Assembly (NCBI GenBank): GCA_904063045.1
Contig: CAJFCJ010000007.1
Coordinates: 740,819-804,818, forward strand
Origin: Dimorphilus gyrociliatus
Lineage: Eukaryota; Animalia; Annelida
DNA: 64,000 bases
Direction: 5' to 3'
The notes under the pieces are model-generated. The model worked only from the letters and a program-made list of their open reading frames with translations, searched no databases and had not been told where the DNA came from. The position numbers were made by a program, and so were the translations under genes. Position 1 is the stretch's first letter; every line of letters starts with the position of its first letter. Below are positions 38,128-53,805 of this stretch, in pieces.

Positions 38128-40707
38128 ATGATTGGAGTTAAAAATCACTCTTCCGTTGGGGAAAGACGATTACGCAATATATACGGTCAGTATTTCGGTG
38201 TAAATTAATAAGATAATTTTTTCTACTTTAAAATATATTTTCGTGTTTGAATATCATCTCTGGAAAATAAGAAACTTTTTTTTTTGGGGCAGTTCTCTTT
38301 TTTCGTGTATAAAATAAACTTTATCTTTGTTATAGATTTTTTGGAGGCGAAGCAATATAAAAAAGCTGTGAATGAAGCTGAGAAAATTATCAATAAACAG
38401 AAAGGAGACGTCAATGTTACATGTCATGCATTATTGGCTGTGGGTTTGGTTTGTAGTGGACAAAGAAAGCGTGGTATTAAATTAGCTAATGAACTAATAG
38501 CTGATGGAAAGTTAAATGATGAAAATGCTGCCCATGCTTTGGCAAAGCTATTCTACGAAATAAACGATCCAAGGGGTATTTTAAAAGCCTGGCAAGCCAC
38601 TTCTAACTGCATAGAAACAGAAGATGTCTTTAGAGAAGTATTTAGCGCTGCAATTGCTGTAGACGATTTTCCCATACAGCAAAAAGCAGCAGTAATGTTG
38701 CATAAACGATGGCAAGCCGAAAAATATATATGGTGGAGAGCAACTAGTTTGGTTATGCAAGCGAAATATAATCCTTTGCTGGCTCATAAACTTTGTTATC
38801 CAGTTGCAATGAATCTACTGTCGGGAAAACCGAAAACTGAGAATGAAAAGGCACTTTTAAGTAAAGTTTACCAGGCTGTTGGAAAGACGGAAGAAGCTCT
38901 TGAATTGGAAAGTCTCAATCATCCGCAAACTGCAGAAGTTTTGTTGAACTGTGGAAAGTATCAAGAGGCATTTGAAGAATTAAAGACGTTCATTGACACA
39001 TCTAAGAACTTTCATCATTGGCAACTCTATTTAAAATGTTGCAAGGAGCTTGGAGATAGTTTTGTTGAAGAAGCAATAACTAAGCTTAAAAGTGTTGAAA
39101 TAGATGGTCGGGAAGGCGGTGTCTGTGTTCTTAGTACAATTCAATATACTAAACAATTAGGATATTCAAAATTATGCGACGGTCTTACACAGCCAAATGA
39201 AATATTTAAGATATTATGGAATAATTCTGGACATAAACCTAGTTTCGTACATGATATTGTTTCATGTAGGCAATCTTTTGAAATTCTGGATACAAATTTT
39301 ATTAAATTAGATGAGTTAGACTTTGACAGGCTGGTGAATATAATTGAATTGAGAAGAAGATTTGACATAGAGATGGATGATGAAACAGCAACCGAAATGA
39401 TATTAAATAAACTCCCATGCATTGACTGTAACAAAACAGAGGTCTCTTTTGGAGTTCGTACTGTAGCTCTATTGTTCATGAAAAATTGTCAAAAGTCGCC
39501 CAAGAAATTGATCAATTCAATGGTTTTGTTAACAAGAATAGCGCCCTATGATCGAATATCATGCTTAATCCTCTTAAATCTTGTCAAACGTTTTGCTCCC
39601 GAATTGTGGCACAAGGTTTACGGTCAAGTTTCTTTGAAACATATTCAATCGGATGCTTTACCTTTGTTTCCTCCTCAATGTTTCCCCATCGCAACGCGTT
39701 ACGATATTGTTAGTTCTGTTTTAAAATCACTAGAGGATGGCGTTAAAGATTCTAATAATTTAGTATTTGGGGCATATAACAATTTGGCATACGGCAAAGT
39801 TGAAGATTCTCTTAATTTAAGGGATTCGTTAAGAAGTTCGGCAACTTTAGAGTATTGTGCGGCAGAGAAACATTTATTACACCTACTGGCTTCAGACACT
39901 CCTAAAAAGCTTACCGATACAGCTGAAGAAATACAGGAAAAATACATTTTACGTTCGAACAATAGAAAATTGATGGACAACAGAGACAAATATGTTTTCG
40001 GATGGAACGAAGATAAAGACAGAAATATCTCTTTTGAGAAATGGTTGAATATAATTAAGATGAAAAGATTAATTATTAATTTGATAGTTAACTTAGTTTT
40101 AACACCCGATAACAAAGAAATAATTTTATCCGTTGTTGAAGATTTGCAAAAGGTTATTAGTGAAATGAAAGACTCGGACTTAGCCGAAGAGAAATTTCCA
40201 TTTATGACTATAGACGGATCAACGTATAATTATCCACCAAATCAAATTCTAAACATGTTATGTTCGCTATTAAAACTTTTAAGCGATCAACCTCAATGCG
40301 ATATTGAACAAGTAAAGAATTCAATTGACGAATCCGTTGAAAGATTGAAAAATGATGCTACGATATCAATTGGGGATTGGTTAGCTATTGTGTCACTGCT
40401 ACTTTTCAATAATTATGTTTATAAAAAGATAAAAATGAAGGCAGTAAGGAATTTATTCAAGTACTATCAAAACGTTTTAGAAAAAGCTTCAAGCGGACTT
40501 GTTTACTCTCAAGAACTAAGCGAAGAGCTGTATTCTATCAAAATACCTGAGTGCGATCAATGTCAACAGAACGTAAAAAGTATGGAAAAAGCCAAGCTTG
40601 AAGTGCTAAGAGCTTTGAAAGACAATAATTATCAGACCGATTCAAAAGGTTTTTTGAAGAAGAGAAGTTTATACATTCAAACTTTGTCAAGTAACAGAGC
40701 ATCATAG
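38128..40707 (+). CDS. NAA25: NatB auxiliary subunit NAA25/MDM20-like (divergent)
   Basis: Exon 1 (ATG 38128) MIGVKNHSSVGERRLRNIY splices to exon 2 (38336) DFLEAKQYKKAVNEAEK, recalling the NAA25 N-terminus RRLRPIYDYLD. Also QQKAAVMLHKRWQAEKYIWWRATSLVMQA and LKHIQSDAL. Confidence 0.75.
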
Positions 40708-40808
40708 AATTAATTAAATAAATAAATATATATATATATCTTTTTTATTTTTATTAAAAACTTTGTGCTATGCCTTTAAGGTGAATAAATACTGAATTTG
40801 GCAAAATT

Positions 40809-41198
40809 CTAAATATCCAATGGGTTATCGTAACACGACCCGTTCCAAAAAGTTTCCATTGCGCAATTGGTTTTATATACCCATTCAGAAATCCTTACAA
40901 AAAGCTGATATTCTGTCTCTGTCAACTGCTGTTCATAAGTAAAGGAAGTCACTACAAACGGCCAACGACTTTGGTGAAGCTTTCTTTCCTCTAGATTAAT
41001 TGGCTCTGTTCTAGAAGTTATTATTGTACTATGAGGTCGTCTATCCGCTGCAATTGGTATGAGAGGTAACTTTGTTTTTTCGATGACCGGAGGAAGACGT
41101 CTACCTTTCGCAGCGTGCAAAAAGCGTCGAGCTTGTTTCACGGGCGATAAAGAACGTTTTGTCGGCGAAATTTTACCTAATAACAAGCCAGTAGGCAT
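40809..41198 (-). CDS. Hypothetical protein (orphan ORF B, or last exon of the adjacent orphan gene)
   Basis: 129-aa ORF preceded by a possible acceptor (ttgttaacag). No recognisable domain. Confidence 0.4.
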   Translation of the reverse strand: MPTGLLLGKISPTKRSLSPVKQARRFLHAAKGRRLPPVIEKTKLPLIPIAADRRPHSTIITSRTEPINLEERKLHQSRWPFVVTSFTYEQQLTETEYQLFVRISEWVYKTNCAMETFWNGSCYDNPLDI

Positions 41199-41457
41199 GA
41201 TCCGCCTATTCTGTTAACAAATGCAAGTTAAACAAGCATTTTGGCCGCAAGCGGAGCATTTTAAATCCCGCAATTCAATACAAGATATTCTAAAGGGATT
41301 ATTGAGCGGTAATAACGCAGCTCTCTCCGCTTAAGCAATTAGTTTTTACAAGTTTACTGTTTCAAACCATTTAACAATTCAGCAAAGTTTCAAGCTAAAC
41401 TATCACGAAAATTTCTATATTCTGTACAATTCTTTCGTCCGTCACTCTACAGCAGTT

Positions 41458-42263
41458 CTAATTCAAGTTATTCGTTCTTCGCTTTGCCGGACTTGGCCCA
41501 TCGGTCAATGACATGGATAGGTCATGATTTGAAGGGTAGTTTTTCAATCTTCGCTCAAATTCGGCTATTTTGTTTGTTTCGCTACTTCGTCCAGGCGTTG
41601 GAACAAATCTCGCCTCTGGTCTCAGAACTGATGCCAGGCCAGCACATCTTGCTTCCTCTAAACCGTTCTCTTCTTCAATACACATATCTTCTTCAGTGCG
41701 CTTTGTAAAGTAGCGGGAAGACCTGGGGCTTGATAGGGGACTAGTACTTTTAGAAGCGGCTGGGGTAACAGGTAACGATTGAACAATATGAAAATTTTGA
41801 GGAGAATCGGCGTAATAACTATGCTGAAGAGTTGAATGACGTCGACGACTAGGTGATGTTATAACGCTTTCGTATAGTCTTTGTTTCATAACTTCCGCAC
41901 TAATTTTATGCGATTTAACCTCTTCTAATAGGGACATCTTGGCACTATTATTTAAATTCCAACTGGAACCTTTCAAAGAAAAATGGTTGTTCAAATAATG
42001 CATTTATCATTTTTTGTTCAATTAATAGACTAACCGAGTGGAGTGAATTCACACGAAAAAAGATTTTCCCTAGAAGCGGTTAAAGATGATATTGAACTAG
42101 CTAGACTATCTCTCGACATAGATCCTAAGGTCGACAGTTTGTAATATGACCGAAGCGTTGTCCTGTGGACATCAGATTTCGGTAGCGATGGCTTTGAGGG
42201 CATCCTTGAGAATAAACTGCGTTCATCGTCGACGTTGAACGGTTTACGGAAACCGTCGGACAT
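41458..42263 (-). CDS. Hypothetical Ser/Arg-rich protein (orphan gene A)
   Basis: ATG at 42263 (MSDGFRKPF) and a phase-1 GT-AG intron joining EFTPL-GSSWNLNN, about 250 aa in total. Rich in SP/TP and RRxS motifs, with no known domain. Confidence 0.55.
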
Positions 42264-42762
42264 TCTATTGTTTCTTAATTGAGCATAGATCTGCAAAATT
42301 GCAGAAGATGGTATTCATTATTAATGAACAAGTCGAAATCTGAAAATACTCACCTATTGCTAAAATCCTGTGGACCTTCTAATAAATGATAAATAAATGT
42401 GCAAATGACAAAGTTAAAATAATTAATAAAGGTCTGAATTTAACTCATGCCATAAAAAGGTCTTTGTAAATTAATTACACCTATTATCGACCATTGTAAG
42501 GTGATAGTTTCGTACAATAATATAAACTTATCAATAGATCTTCACTTCATTCTTTTATCTTTTTCAGTATTATTCAACACTTTGTTCTTTTCTTTCTATT
42601 TTTTCTTTGTCTATTTTCGTACGAATTTAGATAACAACAGATGTCGCTAGCGTAGTTTAAAATATATTTCACGCTGCGTCTGATTGTTGCGAGTTTTCTG
42701 AAAATTATGAAGCTTCAGCACTAGCTTTTCCAGAAAGTACGTGCTAAAACTGGAAATTACAG

Positions 42763-43606
42763 ATGGCAGGAAGAGGTAGGGGAAGAGGAGGTCGAGGTGT
42801 TTCCTTTAATATTGATCAATTGGGATTTGGTAGAGGAGAAGCTCTTCCTAAAGCAACATTACAACCTCCACCAACTTTTCCAGTGAGTGATAATAAATGC
42901 TTTTAGAATTTTTCTTCAATTACTCATTTCTGACGCTTTCTGTACTTGAAAATATCTCTTAATTTTAAAATTATCACTTCTTGGTTACCTTACATATTTT
43001 TTGAATTTGGTTTTGTCTTATATATAGTCTTTTTTAAAGAATGTTACACAAGTTGATAAAATCCTTAAAAAATTGGAATTTGACTTAACAGACTCTGTTT
43101 TATATCTTCAGCCGTTAACTCAACAAGTCCATCCTCTACAAACATCCGAAGAAATTTCTTACATTATAGCTGTAAAGCAAAATTTTAGAAATAAGATGAG
43201 AGAATCTGGTTACAATGTTTTAGCTGAAAAAGATAAATGTTTAAAGAAATATAGCGATAAATATCAATTAGGAATACAGAATGGTAGCTGGGAGCCAAAT
43301 CTCAAAATTTTACCTTCGGAACTTCATCCTAAGAAGAAGAAAATGCGAAAAATGGTGAAACCAAATATAACTAAATTGAAACTCGATGCTGATAAAAAAC
43401 TAAAAGAATTAGAAGAGTTTGAAAAAGTTAATGATGACGATGATGTCGAAGAAGAGGAGAAAAAGAATGAAGAAGGCATCATTGAAGAGGAGGAGTATGA
43501 TGAAGAAGATCTTGAGGAGACTGATTATAATATGACTTATTTTGACAATGGTGAAAGCTACGGAGGAGATGATGATGATGATCTTGATGAAGATGCTCTG
43601 TACTAA
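42763..43606 (+). CDS. POLR3G: RNA polymerase III subunit RPC7 (POLR3G/POLR3GL)
   Basis: Starts MAGRGRGRGGRGVSFNIDQLGFGRGEALPKATLQPPPTFP; also KYSDKY, LPSEL, an acidic tail and DYNMTYFDNGESYG. Two exons. Confidence 0.92.
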
Positions 43607-44115
43607 GCTAACTTTTCAAATTAGAAGATTTGATACATTCAAATAAGACTTATTTATAAAGTCTTCTCCAAAACTGAAAGAAGAACACGAAAGAACGAAT
43701 AATATAGAAACTCCGCAGATTGAAAAATTGTTATAACAACTATATTAAGGTTGTGCTGGTACATAAACCAGAATTAATTTGTTGATTAGGAATACACAGC
43801 GAAATATTTTAAAAGTTGTTTTTTATTCTTAATAGCAAATCTAATGTATTATTAATACAAGTTGAGAAGATAAGTCATTAATACTTCAAAGAATTCAGCT
43901 TTTAAAGTTTTACTAATTACTCTAGTTTAATTATAACAGTGTGTTAAAAAACGCTTATTCTAAGATATTTGGAATCGTGACTTGTAGTAAACGGACATCA
44001 TATTGCAACATCTGGCCAATCAGAGTATATATCAGTTTTCGTGCGGTTCCATTTTACTTCAAACTTCCACCAGCGACGTATCTTAATAATATATGGAATT
44101 AAAAGACGATAAGTT

Positions 44116-47012
44116 ATGAGAAAACATAAAAAGATGATTAAATTTTCATTAATTATGATTCTAGTATTGTTACCTAAGTGTTCAATGACTGGTGAAATTG
44201 GAAATATGATATCTTTGAATTTGAAATATAGTGATCGTTTATCAAACTTCCGTGATACTACAAATGAGAAGCAATCAGAAAATATAACGTCACAGGAAAA
44301 TAACTTAAATGGTAAAGCTGGAGGGGGTTACTACGTAGCGATAGATATTGGTACGCCCCCTCAAAGGGTTAGTATTGACATAAAAAAGTAAAAATTTGGT
44401 ACACATGTTGAAAATAATTGATTATATTTTTGTTTAGTTTAACGTTCTTATTGATACTGGGAGCAGTAATTTTGCAATTGCGGGAAAGCCTGAAAATACT
44501 TTATATAAATATTTCAACAGTAAAAAGTAATTGTTTTTATTAAAATGTACTTTCTATTCTGATTTCTTGAAAACATCTTTGTTGTATTTACATATCACAG
44601 TTCATCAACGTTTACAAATATTGGAAGAGTCGTTGATGTTAAATACACTCAAGGCGAGTGGTTAGGTAAGCAGTTGAACATTTATACTTTATACTTTTCT
44701 ATATAATTTTACATTCCATATTAAATGTGATCATAAAATTCGTGAGTTCTGTTTATACGTAACAGTGTTTTATAACTGGCAATTATTGCTTATCAAGCTG
44801 TCTACTATATTTTTAAATAATGTTTATGTTTATATATGATCGGAAAGGGTCTATCGTTTCCTAAGGGACTTTTTAAATTACTCTTTTGAAAGGCCATCTA
44901 CAACAAAATTTCATATTTCTAGACTGTTTTATAGTTTATTGGGATTTCATAGAATTTTATTTATTTAATTTCTTACAGCGTATTTACAATATAAAGAATC
45001 ATAGTAAACTGTTGGAAAACTTCTACAAGTAGCATAAAAACAGAATTTACAACTTTTATATTTAATCTAGATGATACGTATCTAATTGATAACTAATAAC
45101 TTTTCCTTTATATATAGGTATTTTGGGAGCAGATAAAATAAATTTACCGAAAGTGAATGATGTAAATTGTACTGCGTACGTTTCGTTGATAGAAGAATCA
45201 AGTCAATTTTTCGTTGAGGGATCAAATTGGGAAGGTATACTCGGTTTAGCCTACGCAGAATTGGCTGTAGTAAGTATTTCTTTAATAATATACAATATTT
45301 TTAATTTACTCTTCTAAAATAATTTATTTTTTAAAAGCCTGATTCAACTGTAACACCATTTTTTGATTCGCTAATATCCGAAAATCCTGGTATTGATGAT
45401 TTATTTTCGGTGCATTTGTGTGGAGTAAGAAAAGATTATACTACTGCCGGAACTATGGTTTGTAACAGTTTCTTATTGTTAATTTAACGACTTAGATATT
45501 TATACATTTTCCTATAAAAGTTACTTATACTTTGGTAAGTAGAAACGTACGTCACTGAAAATAACTATTGTCTAAATTATCATCCTGCCGTGTCGCTTAT
45601 TTGATTTTATATACTGAAAATTACTGTCATTTCTAGAGATTTAAGACAATTAAGATTATCTTTAAAAAGCATGTTTATGTTGTATTTAGCCATAATAATT
45701 TCGCCTAAGAAAGTAAAAAGAACATATATGGAATTTTTTAAATTCTTGTATATTTTTCTAGACGATAGGTGGCATTGATAAATCTTTATTTAATGGAGAT
45801 ATTCAATATGTTCCCATAAAAAGAAAAGCCTACTATGAAGTAGTAATTGGTGATGTTAAAGTTAATGGTCAGTCGTTGTCTATGGATTGTAAAGAGGTTT
45901 TTTATATTAATTTCAATATCCTCCTATTTAGTTATTCTTATTTTCCAATAAATAGTATAATTTCGATAAGACGATAGTAGATACTGGCACAACTGATTTA
46001 AAACTTCCGAAAAGGGTCTATAGAGAAGTAATTTCAAGACTTAAAACAATTACATTCGTAAGCTAGAATTAGCTGAATTTCTTATATTCTATTAAAAAAT
46101 GTAAAATGTTTCTATAGCAAGACGAAGATCTCAGAAGGCAAGTAAGGAGTAGTTTTTGGGAAGGTTTATCACCGCTTTGTTCAAATTCTGTTAAAATAGA
46201 CGAAGTATTTCCAAATTTAGGTTTCTTTTCATTTTTATTATTGATGATTAATGATTATATTACAAGAATATTTTTCCGATAAAATAGAAATTGAACTGTT
46301 ACAAAATGATACATCAACAATAAGGTTAACTCTTAAACCGCATATATATATCGAAAGAAAAGAGGTTAACTTGGGTGATGTCTGCTATACATTTTCAATA
46401 TCAGAATCAAAGAGAGGTAACATTCTTTTTCATTTGAAAAAATGATATTAAAAGATCTATTCCACATTACTATTTTTCATATATTTACTAATATTCTATA
46501 GGAACTGTATTTGGTGCAGTGGCAATGGCCGGTTTCTATACAATATTTGATAGAAAGAATGAAAGATTGGGTTTTGCGGCCACAAATTGCGGTAATATTA
46601 AAGATAATGAAGATACGGTTACAGGACCGCACAATTTTACTGGTAAATCTTTCTAATTGAATACTCGTATAGGATTAAACTAAAAATGATAAAAGAATTC
46701 AACGCCTGAAAGATCAATTGCAATCAAATGTTGCTTTTTAATATCTGTACAAACCATTTAGGCGTGAATATTTCTTGTATATTTAAGAAATAGGATAATA
46801 ATAAAATAATAATTTTGTCTATTATTTCAGGTGATGCTGAACAATGTTATTACAAAAAAGTTACCAATACGAGAGACAAGAATTTTATTATAGTTGCATA
46901 TGTGTTTGCTGGATTTGCCATCGCTGTGTTGATACTTATGATACCTGCATTTGTTTTAATTCATCCTTTAAAGAGAAAAATAGCAGAAGCTAAAACTTCT
47001 TTGATAAAATAA
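44116..47012 (+). CDS. BACE1: Beta-secretase (BACE) membrane aspartic protease
   Basis: Signal peptide, NLNGKAGGGYY, catalytic DTGSSN and DTGTTD, NWEGILGLAY, YNFDKTIVD, a C-terminal TM and the tail KTSLIK*. All introns traced are GT-AG. The symbol is family-level (BACE1/2). Confidence 0.93.
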
Positions 47013-47358
47013 TAAATTATTGATATATTTCCTTAAATTTTTCGTTGGTTTAAAATTCAAACTATTCACAGATCAAGTGAGAATTCCTTATTATATTTCT
47101 TTAAACATATTAACAAAAAAAAAAGAAATTATTCAAAAAGTTAGATAAGCTAAAACGATTTGTTATTTAGTTAAACAATATGGGGTAAATAAAATATTTT
47201 ATTCGTTTGAACAATGCAAACGCATGCATTCATATTTAGGAATGAACAACCACATGACTAGAATTATACATGCAGACAACAATTAAAGTTTTGTACATGT
47301 TTTTTTGTCGATTTTTAAATTCTCAAAGTTCAGAACGGAATGAAATGCAAAAGTTTTT

Positions 47359-51206
<3,848 letters not shown>

Positions 51207-51826
51207 ACTGATTAATTGTCCTATTCTTGTACCCAAGAGTTATTGCATTTATTTCTGTAACAGCGGCAGTCACAGTTAATAGAAATAAATAATGTTACTC
51301 TGTTACAAAAAGGTGGAATAACGATCTCCGACTGGAAAATAATAAAGAAATATCGTTTATATATTTTGTTATAGAAATTTTTATTTGACAATGTACATGG
51401 AAGACTTATTTTAAGCATATGATATTAGTAAAAAATCGCTTACGTTTATACCGCCATATTTGTTTTAGTTGTCTACTACACTTTGATTACTGGATTTATT
51501 GAGCGTTTTCCGAAATTTTCGGTCACATGATGCGATACCCGTTTCTCTTGAAAAACAGAAACTACGGCCATTTTTGTTAAGGCGCATCCCACTATGTAGA
51601 ATAAGAACGAAAAGCAAAGAAACATTAACCGTAGAATGTTAATTTAGAGCTTAAAAATTGCAGCTTTGACTGCCTTTATCTTTATAGCATAAAAAGGAAT
51701 TTGATATTTTGAGGCCTCCAAATTGGCACCTAATAAGTTACTACAATACCTAATCAAAATGGCGGTGATGCTCACTATTGCTACAATGTCTTTACTCTTA
51801 GATGTTCTCTGAATTTTATGCTAAAA

Positions 51827-51840
51827 TTTATCACGTGACT
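51827..51840. promoter_or_regulatory. E-box/CLEAR-type element TTTATCACGTGACT in the ICA1/basigin divergent promoter
   Basis: Identical to 18735-18748. A YY1-like CAAAATGGCGG lies at 51755-51765. Confidence 0.5.
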
Positions 51841-51925
51841 AACCTTAACCTTTAACCAAACCGAAGTCCAAAAACATTCATACTTATAAACCATTGATTA
51901 CATGTGAAAGTAGTCGTTTCATAAA

Positions 51926-52523
51926 ATGTCTTTTCAAAATATTTTGGCTTTTACAATATGTATCGCCACACTTTGTGTTTTATGTACTGCGGAAGGTAAG
52001 TTTTTATAATTTGATTAGCCTACAAATTTGAATGTTCCTTGTTTATCACCTGTACAAAAGAATTCTTTTCGATAAAAAGTTTAAATAATTATGACAGCAG
52101 TATATTAAAATCAATTATCAAAGACTTTTGTAAGGTTTCCTCGTGATTTCTTTTTAGTTTTTGGTATTAATTCAACATAATAATTTGATTCGAGATCAAC
52201 TCGGTGCAAAAGCTAAGTTTGATAAGAAGACATATCTCCTTACTTTCCACAAAATGTAGACAATTAACTTTAACTACTAACAGATTTGAGATTAATAGCG
52301 TACAAAGATCTTTTCGTTTTTGTTTTAACATGTTTTTCCTATCGAAAGATGTCTAACTCTATCACGTTCGGAGAGATAGAAATAAACGCTACTGTATGCA
52401 CAGTATCTAAGATATATATATAAGGTTTAATAAGAACGATTTCCATTAATAATAAGCATATTGAAAAATGACGCAATTCTGATATAGTTGAACATGTTAA
52501 TGTCCATTGTTCCATATATGCAG

Positions 52524-52559
<36 letters not shown>

Positions 52560-53691
52560 CTTTTCTTTGGACGTTTGTTGTTAGCCTTTCATAATTGCCG
52601 GTAAACTTTACAAGGAAGGCCAATTGAAGATCAACCACAAACGAGAAATTTAATTTAGACTTTACTTGATTGAGAAACGAAGTGTAATCTTGTGGAAAGA
52701 GAAAAATTTAGCTCTTATAAAAACGTCACAAGAAAATGATCAAGAGAACATAAGTAAATATAGTATATTTTATTAGTTATAATTAAAAAAAAAGAAGTGA
52801 CTCTGCACAGATAGCGATATGAAATTTAACGCGTAGAATGTTGAACTGTGCGATTAGATATGGTAAATTAAAAGAGAATTGTTTAAATGATTTCAAATTT
52901 TACGTTTAAAAGTGGAATATTTTAAAAGCAACTGGCGTTCTGTCAGGCATAATCACCGTATGACGTCATTGTAGTGTATCTTAGGAAAAGTGCAACTATT
53001 AAATGTCATAGAAGATATCGCAAAAAGGCTAATTTTTTTCTTGCCAAATATAGACTGGAAAATGAACACATCATGAAGAACACAGTCACTTGTCAATACT
53101 ATTTAGTGTTCTTTTTCCTGTTATTTTATTCTCCTTTATATATGTACAGCTTATCTTTCTAGCTATGTGTAAAGCAATGCACGATAGAAGTATAGAAACA
53201 ATATTTCGTTTATATATATATATATAAATATAAAGGAAAAATGTGCATAAAGGTAGACGAAAATTTAATTACCTACAAGTGTAATTCTGTCATCTGGCGG
53301 GAAAACTATAACTGGATTGCTTAGCCAATCCCATTTGTACAAGTACCCGCGTCAATTTGGACTATACATTAGCAGCGCTTTTCTTTTTTTTTTATATTAA
53401 TTTTTTTACCAGCAGTTTTTATTATCAATGCTTTTTCATAAAAGGATTTTAAGAGCGATTTTAAATAACTAATTCAAATAAAGGGAACCAATTTTTTTTC
53501 ATTCAAATAATCTACATTTATCTCATTTGGTAAAAACTCTTTATCATCGCTTACTGTCAATGAAAATCACGAAGATATTAGAAAATTAACTAATCCAGAA
53601 AATTTTAATATCTTCTATTCAAGTTCTTAGTCTACATCTTTGCAAAGAGATAAAATATAATTTGAAACCAAGCCAAAAACTAAAAATCGCG

Positions 53692-53735
<44 letters not shown>

Positions 53736-53739
53736 CTCA

Positions 53740-53805
<66 letters not shown>

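Noticed and set aside
51759-51812. Short hydrophobic ORF MAVMLTIATMSLLLDVL upstream of basigin
   Set aside because: There is no splice donor to join it to basigin, and its ATG is part of a YY1-like motif. The signal exon at 51926 fits better.
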